A DNA stretch of 64,000 bases from an uncultured Candidatus Peribacteria bacterium (GTDB lineage: Bacteria > Patescibacteriota > Gracilibacteria > Absconditabacterales > Absconditicoccaceae). Shown here one piece after another: positions 33,802-44,834 of the stretch. Below the pieces are notes generated by a model. It did not search any database, was not told the DNA's origin, and was given only the letters and a program-made list of their open reading frames with translations. The position numbers were made by a program, and so were the translations under genes. The stretch is from NCBI GenBank assembly GCA_964430205.1, contig CAYSER010000002.1, positions 17,207-81,206 of the forward strand, read 5' to 3'. How positions within the stretch are numbered: position 1 is the first letter of the stretch; every line of letters starts with the position of its first letter.

Positions 33802-35598
33802 TTATTCTCTACAGATATAGACTTTGCTCCCTACGGAGAGATTGTCATAGGCGATGCCGAAATGCGGGATGTTCGGACATCCGTGGGTGATGTCATTGTC
33901 ATCTATTGATCCTGATACTATCGCGTTTTCGTATTTGTCTGGATTGCTTGGCGGTTGATAGATCGGATGGATTGCCAATCATCGTTGTTTGTATTTGAAT
34001 CTTTCTTCCTCATTCCCTTGATTATCTATCGGTACAATACGTATCCCTCTCTTCGGACCGTCGACCTTATAATTGCTTTGCATCCCTTCTATGATCTCTT
34101 GGATCTTGAATAATCCTGTCGGAGTGTTCCTGTTCACTTCCCCTTTCACATATCTCAATCCACCGTTGCCTGATTTGTAGTATGGATAGGGTTGGAATGG
34201 TCACGTGTTTCCTTTGTCCGCTCCGATGAGGATGGTCTGCTTATCGGTCAATCTATGCTCTTTGGTGAAGAGGTATTGGGTGCAGGTCGATTTGGAGAGG
34301 ATAAGATAAGGGAGGTTTCCGTTTGAGATCTTTCAGGTGAGGAAGTCTTGGTATGCCTCTTTCACATCGCTCGGAATCTTTGGATTGTTCATCACTTCCG
34401 GTCATTTGGCTCCAAAAAGTGGATTTCTGATCTTCTCCAATGTCTGCGTATCCATTTTTCCGGATGCTTTATTGGATGCATATTCGGAATTCCTCTTCAT
34501 ACCATACATCTCCTGGAGTCAGAAGATATCTCACTTCTTGATGTGCTCAATCGCTGCTTTCTGGATCTCTGGATAGGGGATAGCAATCACTGCATCTTCG
34601 ATCTCTTGGTAAGTTATGTCTTGGAGCTGTTCTTGGCTTATCGCCTGTTGCAGCTGTCCAATCGTGATGGGATCTTGTTGTATGATCTTTGTAGCATCGC
34701 CATGTCTCTCTTTGTTCTGATCTGTGCTTTGTTCGGTATCATATATCCTCTTATTTTTCGCATCTTTCTTGGCTCGTGTTCGGATTCCCACTATCAGTCC
34801 ACCAGAAACTACAGCGATACCGACCGCGATGCTGATCTTCTTGATGATTCTCTTCAGTCATGGATCTTTCGTTGTCTTGACGATATGCTCTGTCTCGGCG
34901 CTAGATTTGTCCTGGAAGGTTGTCTTGAGTTTCTCTTTTTCCGATTTGGAAAGGTTCTCATCGATATCTTGCACGACTTGTTCGCTCTCTTGCTGGACAT
35001 TCTCTGTAGGTTGATTTTTTGCTTTCTTTGACTTTCTTTTTTCTAGGATTGATTTCCGCTTCTCTTGGATTTTTTCTCGTTTATTCGATTTCTTTATGTT
35101 CTTCTCCTGTTCATCTGATTCTGTCGTTTTTTCCTGTTGCTCTTTCTTCTCTTTTCTCTCCTTCTTTTCTTCTTTCACTTCCGTGCCCTTCGTTATCTTC
35201 CTGTCCTTTTCTTGTTTTCTTTTTCTTCTATTCTCTTTTTCTTCGTTTTCTCTGTTTTTCTCTTCTGTCTTTCTTGCCCTATTTTCCGTCTTTCTCTCTT
35301 TCTTTTCCTGTTTCTTTTGTTCTTTTTCTTCTGTCTTTCTCTTGTCTAGGATATCCTTTAATTCTTCATTAGTCTTGCATGTGATGCTTGCGATGAAATA
35401 ATTGATATTCGTCAGATTCTTTTTTTGTTTTTCGGAGAATCTTATCCTCCTTTCTGTGAGCTTTTTCATAATCGCTTGTTTTTCCTCTTCGCTTACTACA
35501 GAAAAAATCTCCTTGAGATTTTTCGTAACTCCGGATACTGTCTTGGCTTTTTCGCCCAAATCCTCTATCTGTCCGACGATATCATCTATATGACCCAT
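33802..35598 (-). CDS. K/E-rich, single-pass membrane protein with a C-terminal L,D-transpeptidase (YkuD)-like domain (598 aa)
   Basis: Joins 34858..35598 and 34531..34791 plus unlisted pieces (TGA only; walked to TAA 33802..33804). About 110-aa K/E/R low-complexity tract. TM segment ISIAVGIAVVSGGLIVGI. C-terminus LAIHP...ITHGCPNI...VGSKVYI resembles the YkuD catalytic motif. Confidence 0.7.
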
Positions 35599-35626
35599 GA
35601 TTTTCTTTGGTTATCTATAAATCTCA

Positions 35627-35932
35627 TTATTTTGACATCCCTTCTAGGTATTCCAACCTGAATTCAGCCATCTTCTCCTTCATGAATGACGGAAAATCCT
35701 TGATCTTCATCTCTGCGAACCCATATGCCTGATCTATGTTTTCGTTGTTATGCAACATCTCCACGAAAATATCCCTATCTTCTTCGTTAAGCTTGATCAT
35801 GATTTCGGTATTTAACCTATCTATTAGGATCTCCGTAGCATTCTCTACTTCTTCTTCGAAAATCTCTGTGGGCTTGAATCCTGCCTCTAGCATGATGGTC
35901 TTGATGAATAATTCCAATTCGTCCATAAGCAA
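35627..35932 (-). CDS. small acidic protein, paralog family A (101 aa)
   Basis: Uninterrupted ORF with a TAA stop. C-terminal KIKDFPSFMKEKMAEFRLEYL. Confidence 0.6.
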   Translation of the reverse strand: MLMDELELFIKTIMLEAGFKPTEIFEEEVENATEILIDRLNTEIMIKLNEEDRDIFVEMLHNNENIDQAYGFAEMKIKDFPSFMKEKMAEFRLEYLEGMSK

Positions 35933-35971
35933 TGATAAACATATAAAAGATCAGTAGTGAAAAATTTTACG

Positions 35972-38900
35972 TTATTTTTTCTCTTCGTCGAACTTGTTCA
36001 CTTCGTTCCATACCGTCGGTGCGCCGAACGATAGGAAATTGTCATATCGAGGATGACCTCAGCTGATCGGAGACAATGGCGGTTTCGGACCTATCGGTGG
36101 TACAGGATTGACTAATGATACCTTGTCGAAAATAAGGTCTGTCAATTGATTTCCTTGCGTGTTACAGAAGAGCACATTGCATGCAGTCTCTTTTGTCCGT
36201 CAGGCAGGTAGATGATTGAGGTCTATTGCACCGTTCTTGAAGCTCGCTAAGAGACTATTTATGCTCGATTGATCAGTAACCATGCCATGATATCATCGGC
36301 TAGTCATGAGATCAGATATCTGCTTCGCTGAATGCAGATTGAAATTGGTCCCTAATTTCACTAGTTCTTGCTGGTCTGAAGCCGGCATATTGGTGATGTT
36401 CTGTGCAAACATGTTGAAGAAATCATGTGTTTTCTGGTTCGCCAATTGATCGGTACCGTACATATCCTTGAAGATGGACCGTAATTTCTCTGAATGCGAT
36501 CATCCTGGTATATTCTGTACTTTGGCTACGAATGCATTGAACTTGGTAATATCACCATTGAATATCTGATTCTTCAAGAGATCTCCGTTCGGGCCGAATG
36601 CTGGATCGAGGATGGTCTTCGTTGTCATTATCGGTGTCGCAGTAGGTGCTGCTGCTGCGTGGGATGGTGTTCAGAATACATTGTTCCGTCCATCAACAAT
36701 CTGATTTTTGAGCCATCCTACTACATATGCTGATCCTAGATAAATACCTGCAGATCTCGTACCTGCAAATATTCAGAGTTTGGTGCGCATCTGTCTCATC
36801 TTCCTTGCATCTCTATCTTGGTCATCCATCGTATCGGATACTTTCTTGCCCATGCTTACTTTGCTCAAGATCTTAGCAACGATCTTTTCCGGATCTTTAG
36901 CCATAGGGTCGTATCTCGTGATTCACGCCAAGATCAATCTATAGAGTCAGTTGTAGAGCTCTTCGAGATTTTTCTCTCCTTCGCTACCGTACATAAAATT
37001 CCTTCCTCTTTCCTTATGCGCCTGGACCAAGGAAATAGCATCAACTAGATTCCTCTGGAATGCCTGTTTCTCTATCGGCGTGAATGGTCATGCTTTCTCG
37101 AGATATTTCTGGATGTTCTTGCTTATATGTTCAACGGAGTCTGTGTTGTTGAAGTATTCCATACTCTCTCCGTATTTGGAATATTTCGTCGGGAATGCCC
37201 ATCTCAATCGTTTAGGCCTCTTATCTGACTTTTCTTTCAACTCTTCGAGATATTTCTTTCTCTGATCCGGGGTCATCGCCAATAGAGTCTCTTCGAATTT
37301 CTTGTGCTCCTGTGTGTAGTGCCCTTTCTTCTTGAGGAAATTGAGGTACCAAAGGATACCAGCTCATCATGCTACCCCTAGTACTGGCATCGTCAATGCT
37401 CAGACCACTCCTGTCGTCGCTAGACCTACGCCTGTGATCGCTGTCGTCCGTCGAGGATGTTTGCTCATCCATCTCGTAAATTTTCTCATATGAGTCACAT
37501 CGAATTTATCCTGATTGACGTATTGTGCTGTAGTAAGTCCCTTGAGTTCTTCGGATTTGTTGACGAGCAGTGCCAATCTCATCTTGACCGTTCTCGTCCT
37601 CATCGTTTCGAGCGTTGTCCTGCTTTGTGCGAGCTTTGTCGCAAAATCGATCTTATCCATATTGAGCCCTAGACTCTTGACCATATCTGGTAGTTTATTC
37701 TGTTCCTTGATGAATTTTTCTAGCGAGTTCCTGATCTCCACTTCGAATTCCTGGGGTTTATTGAGGATACCGTTCTTTACGTATTTGTCGATGGTTCCTA
37801 TCACTGACCCATAATATGTCCTTTCCGCTTTTTCTGCTTTGGCTTGTTCTATGATATTGGTCCCTAGATGTGTAAGCTTATTTCTCTTCTTGTAGTCGTT
37901 CAATTCTCCATTGCTATCGATGAGATCCTCCACTTGTGTCTGGAGCTTCGTCTCTGCATCTGCTGAGGTGTCCGTGAGATAATCGATGACCGCTTTGTCG
38001 AGTTCCGCTTGGAAGATTGGATCATCGAAGATTTTTTCGCCTTTGTCTTTTTCTACATCTACGATATTTTCCGCAAAGCTTCCACCCATGGATTTCTCTG
38101 TCATCCGGCGATTGACCGCACTCTTGGTGGCATCATCCATCGCTAATCCTCCGGTGCCTTTCAATTCTTTGTTTATCAGGTTCTTCAGCATCCTTTCCCT
38201 GAAGAAGAATATCTTCGCTCTCTTGTATCCGAATTTCATCCCTGATTTATATTCGTCCTCGATCTTCTTGATGGCATTCCTGTAGGCTACCTCTCTGCTC
38301 ATCTCCTTGGTGTCCGCTACTGCAGCCTTGATCTCCTTAACGCCCGCTAATTCTCCATGTCTGAGCTTTTCTGTAGGCACTTTCAACCCACCTCCGCGGA
38401 CATTGAGCAAATATGCATTGAGCGCTTCGTAGAGACCGTCCTTATGTGCATTATATTTGTCCAATACCTTGTCACCGAGCAGTTTGATTGCATACGTGGG
38501 ATTGAGCTCCGTGAAATCCAGGGTTCCGAGTTTTTCGAAGATCAGTTTCTTGAGATCCTGTTCCGTCTTGCCGGTGAACATATCCAATATCCATTTCCTG
38601 AAATCGTCGTTGTATTCCAGATTGCCGTAGCAATTTGCCTGAGAGACATCGCCGATCATGGAATATATCGATGTTCCCAACCAAGTCGGGTTCGTGTTTT
38701 TTATGATGATCTCCTGGAAGAAATGGTTCTTCTCGTCTGTTGTCATCCTTGCCCATTCACCTTTGGTCCTCTCATTATTCTCCATGAATTCATAGAGCCT
38801 ATCCTTGAGCTGGGCCTCATATGCTTCCTGGAATATTTCGTCGAGCTTCTTCTTGATATTGTACTTCGCATCAAGGCTCGAGTATTCAGGATTGAAATCC

Positions 38901-40126
38901 GGTTTTTTCCGTTCGAGAGTCACCGTTTTGGTAATACCGACCTTGTCGGTAAGCTTCTTTCCTTTGCCTCACACGCCTGTGGCTTCCATTTCCATCTTAG
39001 TAGGGAATTTCGTCTCGGTCGGCAGATCCTTGTACGCTTCTATTTCTATCAGCAATTGCGTTGGTTTCGCTGATGAGATCTCGATTTTTCCGAGCTTGAT
39101 GAACTTCCCTTCACTGTTCTTGATGAAGATCTCTGCAGCAGGATCCCCTGGCTTCAGCGTTTTCTCGAATTTCTTGCCCTTGTCATCTTCGAAGAGTTCG
39201 ATATCCTTAGCATCTGCATTCTTCCATGTGAGCTTCGCTATCTCGTATCCTTCCGGTACCTCTTCAAGCCCCTTTGTCGTGTCCAGAAAATGTGCTTTGA
39301 GATCTATGGATACCGATTTTTTCGCTCCTTTATCCGGTGTCTCCGGCGGCAGCTCTTTTGGATTCTTCGTTTCCAGTCATTCTAATGATTTACTTCTTTT
39401 GGTTACTATATTCAATGCTTCTTTGGTCGTCGTATACGCGTTAAGTTGTTTTGTCACTAGAGAAATGTTTTTCAATATTTTGTTCGCTGCATCCAGCTGA
39501 TTCTTTTTGGTTCCTGTTTCCAAGAAAAGATCGAGTTGAGTAAAGAGGATGATCAATCTCGTGAGCTTTTCTTTCATCTCAGCGCTAATTCCTGTCCTGA
39601 ATAAGACATCATTTTCCAGTGCTGTATTTACGTTCTTGATGGTGATGCTATTGGCTTTCCTAATCGTCTCCATCTCCGTAATCCTGAATTTCGGATTTTT
39701 TCTCAGCTTATCCCTGAATTCTGAGAAGATCGGCAATTTAGGATCAAATCGGTCCATCAAGGTATCCTCGTAGAATAGTTTCGTTTCCATCCTGATGCTA
39801 TCCATGATGCTTGTTTTAGTTGCCGGATCTATATCTACTCAAGTAGGCGTGAACAATTCGCCATACTGGATGTTCATATCTTTCTCTTTGATCGATTCTT
39901 TCGATTCCAATGCATTTTTTCTGTCCCTCAGTATACCTTCTATCTCTTTGATATCATCTTTCATCGAGAAATCAGCGACTTTGTCAGGCGCTGTGAAAAT
40001 ATCAAATAGTTCTTTTGCTGTGTCTTCCACGACAGTGATATGACTTTCAATCATCATCTCCTTATTAGCTTGGAGCTTCGATATGAGCTTCTTGAGCTGT
40101 GATTCATCCATTTTCTTGAGGGCCAT
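35972..40126 (-). CDS. large hypothetical protein (1,384 aa) with a TM segment in its C-terminal third
   Basis: Joins 39839..40126, 39377..39805, 37400..38923 and 37088..37282 plus unlisted pieces. All ends are congruent 1 mod 3. Walked codon by codon; only TGA interrupts, and the stop is TAA 35972..35974. Hydrophobic TAITGVGLATTGVVGALTMPVLGVAGGAGILWYL. Confidence 0.7.
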
Positions 40127-40164
40127 GTTCTTTGCGGGAATAGATAAAGATTTTGGGTTATCTC

Positions 40165-40193
40165 ATTATACCGGCAAACGCTTTTTTTGTCAA
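40165..40193 (-). promoter_or_regulatory. perfect consensus sigma70 promoter (TTGACA-17-TATAAT) for gene 35972..40126
   Basis: Minus strand: TTGACA (40193..40188), 17-nt spacer, TATAAT (40170..40165). The -10 ends 38 nt upstream of ATG 40126. Confidence 0.65.
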
Positions 40194-40211
40194 ATTTCGA
40201 GCCACTTTCTT

Positions 40212-40235
40212 AGATTGAGAAAAAGCCCGAAATCC
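40212..40235 (-). terminator. rho-independent terminator after the lipoprotein gene
   Basis: Minus strand AAAGCCCG-gattt-CGGGCTTT followed by T5. Confidence 0.6.
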
Positions 40236-40265
40236 GGGCTTTTGGATGTATTTCAATATTGATCT

Positions 40266-40595
40266 CTAGAGACTGATGCTTTCTTGCTGGAGCTTCGCTT
40301 TCGCTTCTTCGACTTCCCTGTTCGCATCAATGATCTCTTGTTGTGTCTTGGTGATCTCCTCTTGGATCTCATTCATCTCTTTATTCTCTTTATTGAGTCT
40401 CTTGTTCAATTTCTCTACCTTCTCTATCTTGTCTTGGTACTCATCTGCCGCTTTCTTGACGTCCAGATCCTTGGGACCGCAGGCATTGAGCGTTATCAAG
40501 AGCGATAATGCACTCGCTCCTCCATAATTCTTGAGCTTTTTGGTGAGATTGTTCCGTTTGTTGACTCTGGATCATTCTTTTGCTTTAGTTGTCAT
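40266..40595 (-). CDS. coiled-coil lipoprotein (109 aa)
   Basis: Track ORF extended to ATG 40595 through one TGA. Lipobox LLITLNA-C. E/K-rich heptad-like remainder. TAG stop. Confidence 0.65.
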
Positions 40596-40629
40596 GATAT
40601 GGGTATGATGATATAAAATTCTATTGTTT

Positions 40630-43341
40630 TTATAAGCGTTTCATCCTTTTGTTCATAGCTTTGATCATTCTTCCCATGATCATCGGGTTCATAAATGCTT
40701 CCTTGGTCTCTTCTTCGCTACACATACGTCTTCCTCCTCTTGCGTCAACAGCATCTAGTTCATCTTTGCGAATGATAGCTTCATTATTATTCCCGAGTAT
40801 ATTGCCTGGATCTTCAGGTGTAACGATACCAAGCTGTCCATCTTCATCCATGACATAAATATTTTGCGTCAAAGGATTGCGGACTCCGAAATTGCTACGG
40901 CTTATTTTGGAATTCTCTCTTAATTTCTTCGTCAATCCATCATAAAATGAGAAGATGATATCTCTTTCAACTCCATCGAACACACGGATTTTATCCTTTC
41001 TGTATTCCAGCAATTTGCCTAGATTCTGTCCTTTACGTTCTATGTCTCACATCTTGAGCGTGATCTGGTTCTTCTCGAATGCCATCTCCACATTCTTTTT
41101 CCCATCTTCACTTTTTGCAGATGATGTGAAATCGAATTTACGTGTTGTCCTGAGATTCAAAATCGTTTTGATTGGTGATGTCCAGAAGCTATTCGCTGAA
41201 ACTTTTGTCTTCAATAACCTATTTCTCGTTGCATTTCTGTATCCTTCATGGAATTCGTTCATCGCAAAATTAAAGTGTCCCATGAGTTCATCTATTGCTG
41301 TTTGTAGTGATCTTGGATTTCCTAAATCATGGAAGGTGTTAGTTGTTATGAACTTATCATAATCGAACAATGTCCTTTCCGTTCTCACTCCTCCTGTATC
41401 ATTCCGTTCGTAAAGAGTAATATTCTTATCATTTTTTATGATTTCTCTTTGATTCGTCGTTCAAGGTATGCGATATTTCAATGACAGATTTCTCTTTTTA
41501 GACATCTCTATCATGCTTATCAGGAGATTGTAGACTATATGCGTTCTGACTTTGAAATCACGAATATTCGGACAATTCAGTATCTTTCTGGCTAATGTAG
41601 AAACCTCTCATTGTTTAAGCTGGATGTCTTTTATTGGGTAGCGTTTATCTTTTCAAGGGAATGTAATCTTCACCGTGATGTTGTTCTTTCCCGATATCTC
41701 CGTCTTGAGGTCGTATTGGACTGGTTCCGGATTGTTGAGATCTTCAATCCTTGTGTTTGTCGAAATGTCTACTTTCTGGTCTTTGATCTCATAGCTTGAT
41801 CCATTGAAGAATCTTGTATAACTGACATCATTGCGTCATCGTTCGATGCCTAGAAATCTTTTTCTCCTGTGTTTTGTCATGAGATCGTTCGATCCGATAT
41901 TTGCTTCTGTCGCTTCGGTTATAGTCTGTCCTATTGCATTTCTTTCGTTATCATTTTTCCTATTTTCTATGCTTGTAAGGAAGTTGCTCAATTCTGTCTT
42001 AAGACGTATATTAGTTGCAGTGCTTTGACTCAATATATCATTAAGTTCATCTTTCAAATAGTCTTGCACACTTTGTTTGAGGTTGGTATGAAGATGGTTT
42101 TGATAAGCATTCCCGCTTTCAATGATTTTCTTGTCTGAGTTCCATGTACGATCATCATGAGCAAATCGTGTGCGGAATCAGACGTAATTGTTGAGATTTG
42201 CTAGATTCGTCGCTATCATTCCCGTAGTGAGGAAATTTCTGTATATCTGTTGATAAAGCTCTTCTTTGATCTCTTGCTCTTTCCCATTTTTTCTTCAATA
42301 TTCTTCCAGTTGAGAGAATCTTGTACCATCTAAATGTCTCAAGGCGTCGAAAACCGCCTCTCTCTGAAGGGATGGAAATGAATTAGCATATTGACTGGAG
42401 AGTTCATTCGTCACAATATTGCCTGGCGCTGTAGTATTATAGTTGTCTATTTCCGACTCGCGCAATGTAGCAGTATTTACCTGTGTCGATTTTGGTCCTT
42501 TCCTGAGTTGAAGCTCGAATTTCTTGTTGCATACCACATTGATGTTATTCACTCCTATCGTTGCTGCAGGATAAGTTGCATTGATGGATAATTTTAATGG
42601 TTGTGATAGGTCAGCTGAAGCAGGACTGATCGTGAGATTCGTCATGTCTAATGATCTTCCTGCTAATGCTATTCCTGACAATATCACCGTCTGACCTCAC
42701 AATTGTACGGTATAATTACCTGTTGTCGGCTGAGGCAATGGTACTCCTTGCTCGTCACACAATGATAGATCTGCACCAGGATTTGTGGCCGCTGTCTTGA
42801 AAATAGTGTCCAGATTCTGGTTAATATTCATTATTGTGGATCTTGATGCTCCTGGCGGCGTGGTGATATCGATCTCTATATTGTTGATCCTGTTTCCGGT
42901 GTTGAAATAATTGGCATAGGTATGAATGTTGTTGTATTCTGTCCTTCTCGCTAGTATATTTGCATGTCCTATTGCTCCTGGCGCTACTGCTGTTCATCCG
43001 GTGATTTGCAAGAGATTCCTTCTTTCCCTTCCGATTTCAGCACGTCTTGCCGCGCTTGCTGCTCATACGGGGAGTGCTGCTTCTTCCGTATTTAGATCAA
43101 TTATTTCCGCTCTCGCGTCAGCGACCAATGATCCTGCTTGTAGCCTTGTATAAACATTCTGAATATCACTTCTCACCTCATTGTCTATAAAGAGATTGTT
43201 ACCTGTATGGAGGTTGCTGAAAAGATCCAGAGAACGAGACGCAATGATTCTGTCTATTTCCGGTACGTTGGCTATGCCTAAATTGCTGAGCGTCGTTTCT
43301 GTGCCTTTGAGATGTGATTTCGCTTTAGAGTTTTCAGTCAT
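40630..43341 (-). CDS. large hypothetical protein (903 aa)
   Basis: Joins 43063..43350, 42295..42687, 41836..42069, 41047..41388 and 40630..41013 (all ends congruent 0 mod 3; gaps walked, TGA only). ATG 43341 (TTG 43350 is an alternative start). TAA stop. Confidence 0.7.
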
Positions 43342-43374
43342 ATACCTCAATAACCTGTTAAATATTTGTGCAAC

Positions 43375-43674
43375 TTATTCCTCCAAGAATTCCTCGCTGA
43401 CCATATCCGTCACGATATCGGTGAGCAGTTCGTGATATTCAGGGATTTTCCTTTCGAGGTATTCCTCGATAGCAGTTTGATCATTCGCATTATCCTCCAT
43501 GAATCTGATATCCTCATCCAACATGATGTATTCGGAGGATTCCAATACTTCATCCAAAATGGTGTTGTAGATGTCGTCTTTGCTGGCGTCAGGATTGAGC
43601 TCTTTGAGCTTGTCGTATACGTAATCAGTCGCTTGCTGCAATGTGGTGATCTTGTCCATGGTCTGTTCTTTCAT
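43375..43674 (-). CDS. small acidic protein, paralog family A (99 aa)
   Basis: Uninterrupted ORF with a TAA stop. C-terminal KIPEYHELLTDIVTDMVSEEF. Confidence 0.6.
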   Translation of the reverse strand: MKEQTMDKITTLQQATDYVYDKLKELNPDASKDDIYNTILDEVLESSEYIMLDEDIRFMEDNANDQTAIEEYLERKIPEYHELLTDIVTDMVSEEFLEE

Positions 43675-43687
43675 AAAAGAATAAAAT

Positions 43688-44680
43688 CTATGCTACCATG
43701 CTTGCTAATGGTCTGTTGAATTGGATGATCTTCTCTTCTTGGCTCGCTCATCTCTCGGTATTGATGAATGGATCCGTCCATGCACTGGCTCTTTGCCTAG
43801 CGTAGGCATATCCGTAATAATTTATCCTCTTCTTAATCGCATCGATTACGTCCTGCTCTTCTTTGGTTTTCTCTCATTTGTCGAGAACAGCGAAGATATT
43901 GTCCCTACCTAGATTGAATTGCTTATGGAATTGATTGGGATTCATCTGTAAACCTACTTTCCCTCCTATGATATCCATTCCGTTTTCAAGTTTCATGCTT
44001 GTGTAACGTAAAAATCTCGCTTTCACGAATCCCATGATGAATCTGACGCCTTTGATTGAATCATTTCCGATATCATTGAACTTCTTGGTCAGCGTGTTGA
44101 CGGTCATCCTTCTCTTGAGTGTCGAGAATTGCAATCTTTCGGTCATTGTACGGCTTACAACACCTCCTTTCCTGGTCTTCTTCCCGAATCTGATCCATCT
44201 CGTCGAGATCCTTGAAAGCTCTTCCGGTTTGTAGTCCAATTTTCCCATAAAGAAGTCCTTGGCTGTCTCGTATCTGTCTTTCTCTTGCTGGAGTTCGGTC
44301 TTGATATCTTCCAGATCTTTGGTGATTTTCGCTTTTTCGATGTCGTTGGCTGATCTCAGCGCTTTGAGTTTCTCCGAATACCTGTCTATCGTCTGTCTGA
44401 GCCTTGTCTTGGCTTCTCCGACGAGGGTTTCGGCGTTTTTCTCTGCATTCTCCGGTTTGTCTTGGAGTAGATTCATTAGCTCTTCCATCTTCATGGATTT
44501 CTTCTCTCCTTCTGCTGTTTGAGCTTCCTTCATCTCCGTTTTGTGGACTTTCGCTTTTTCATCCAACTCCTTGATCGCGGCTTCGAGCTCTGCAGCCTTG
44601 GTTCAATCATGGCTCGCTTGCGCCGTTTCGAGTTCGGTCATCAACTCATCTCTTGATTTACCAGTATTGATATCGATCAT
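43688..44680 (-). CDS. hypothetical coiled-coil protein (330 aa)
   Basis: Track ORF 43874..44566 extended both ways through TGA to ATG 44680 and TAG 43688..43690. Confidence 0.6.
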
Positions 44681-44834
44681 AGGTATCCGGTCCGTTAAAT
44701 AAAAATTTTATCGATGTTATTATACCCAGAAAATTTCTCTTGTCAAAAAAACGGGCACTTTTTTGTGTCCGTATGCGTGAAATTGCTCAAAATCGTTGAA
44801 TGATAGCCAAAAGTTGCCAAAAGCTTGTCGAACG

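Noticed and set aside
35000-35350. A long pyrimidine (T/C) tract on the plus strand as a regulatory or structural DNA element.
   Set aside because: It is the antisense of a purine-rich coding tract that encodes the K/E-rich arm of gene 33802..35598, and the frame stays open throughout.
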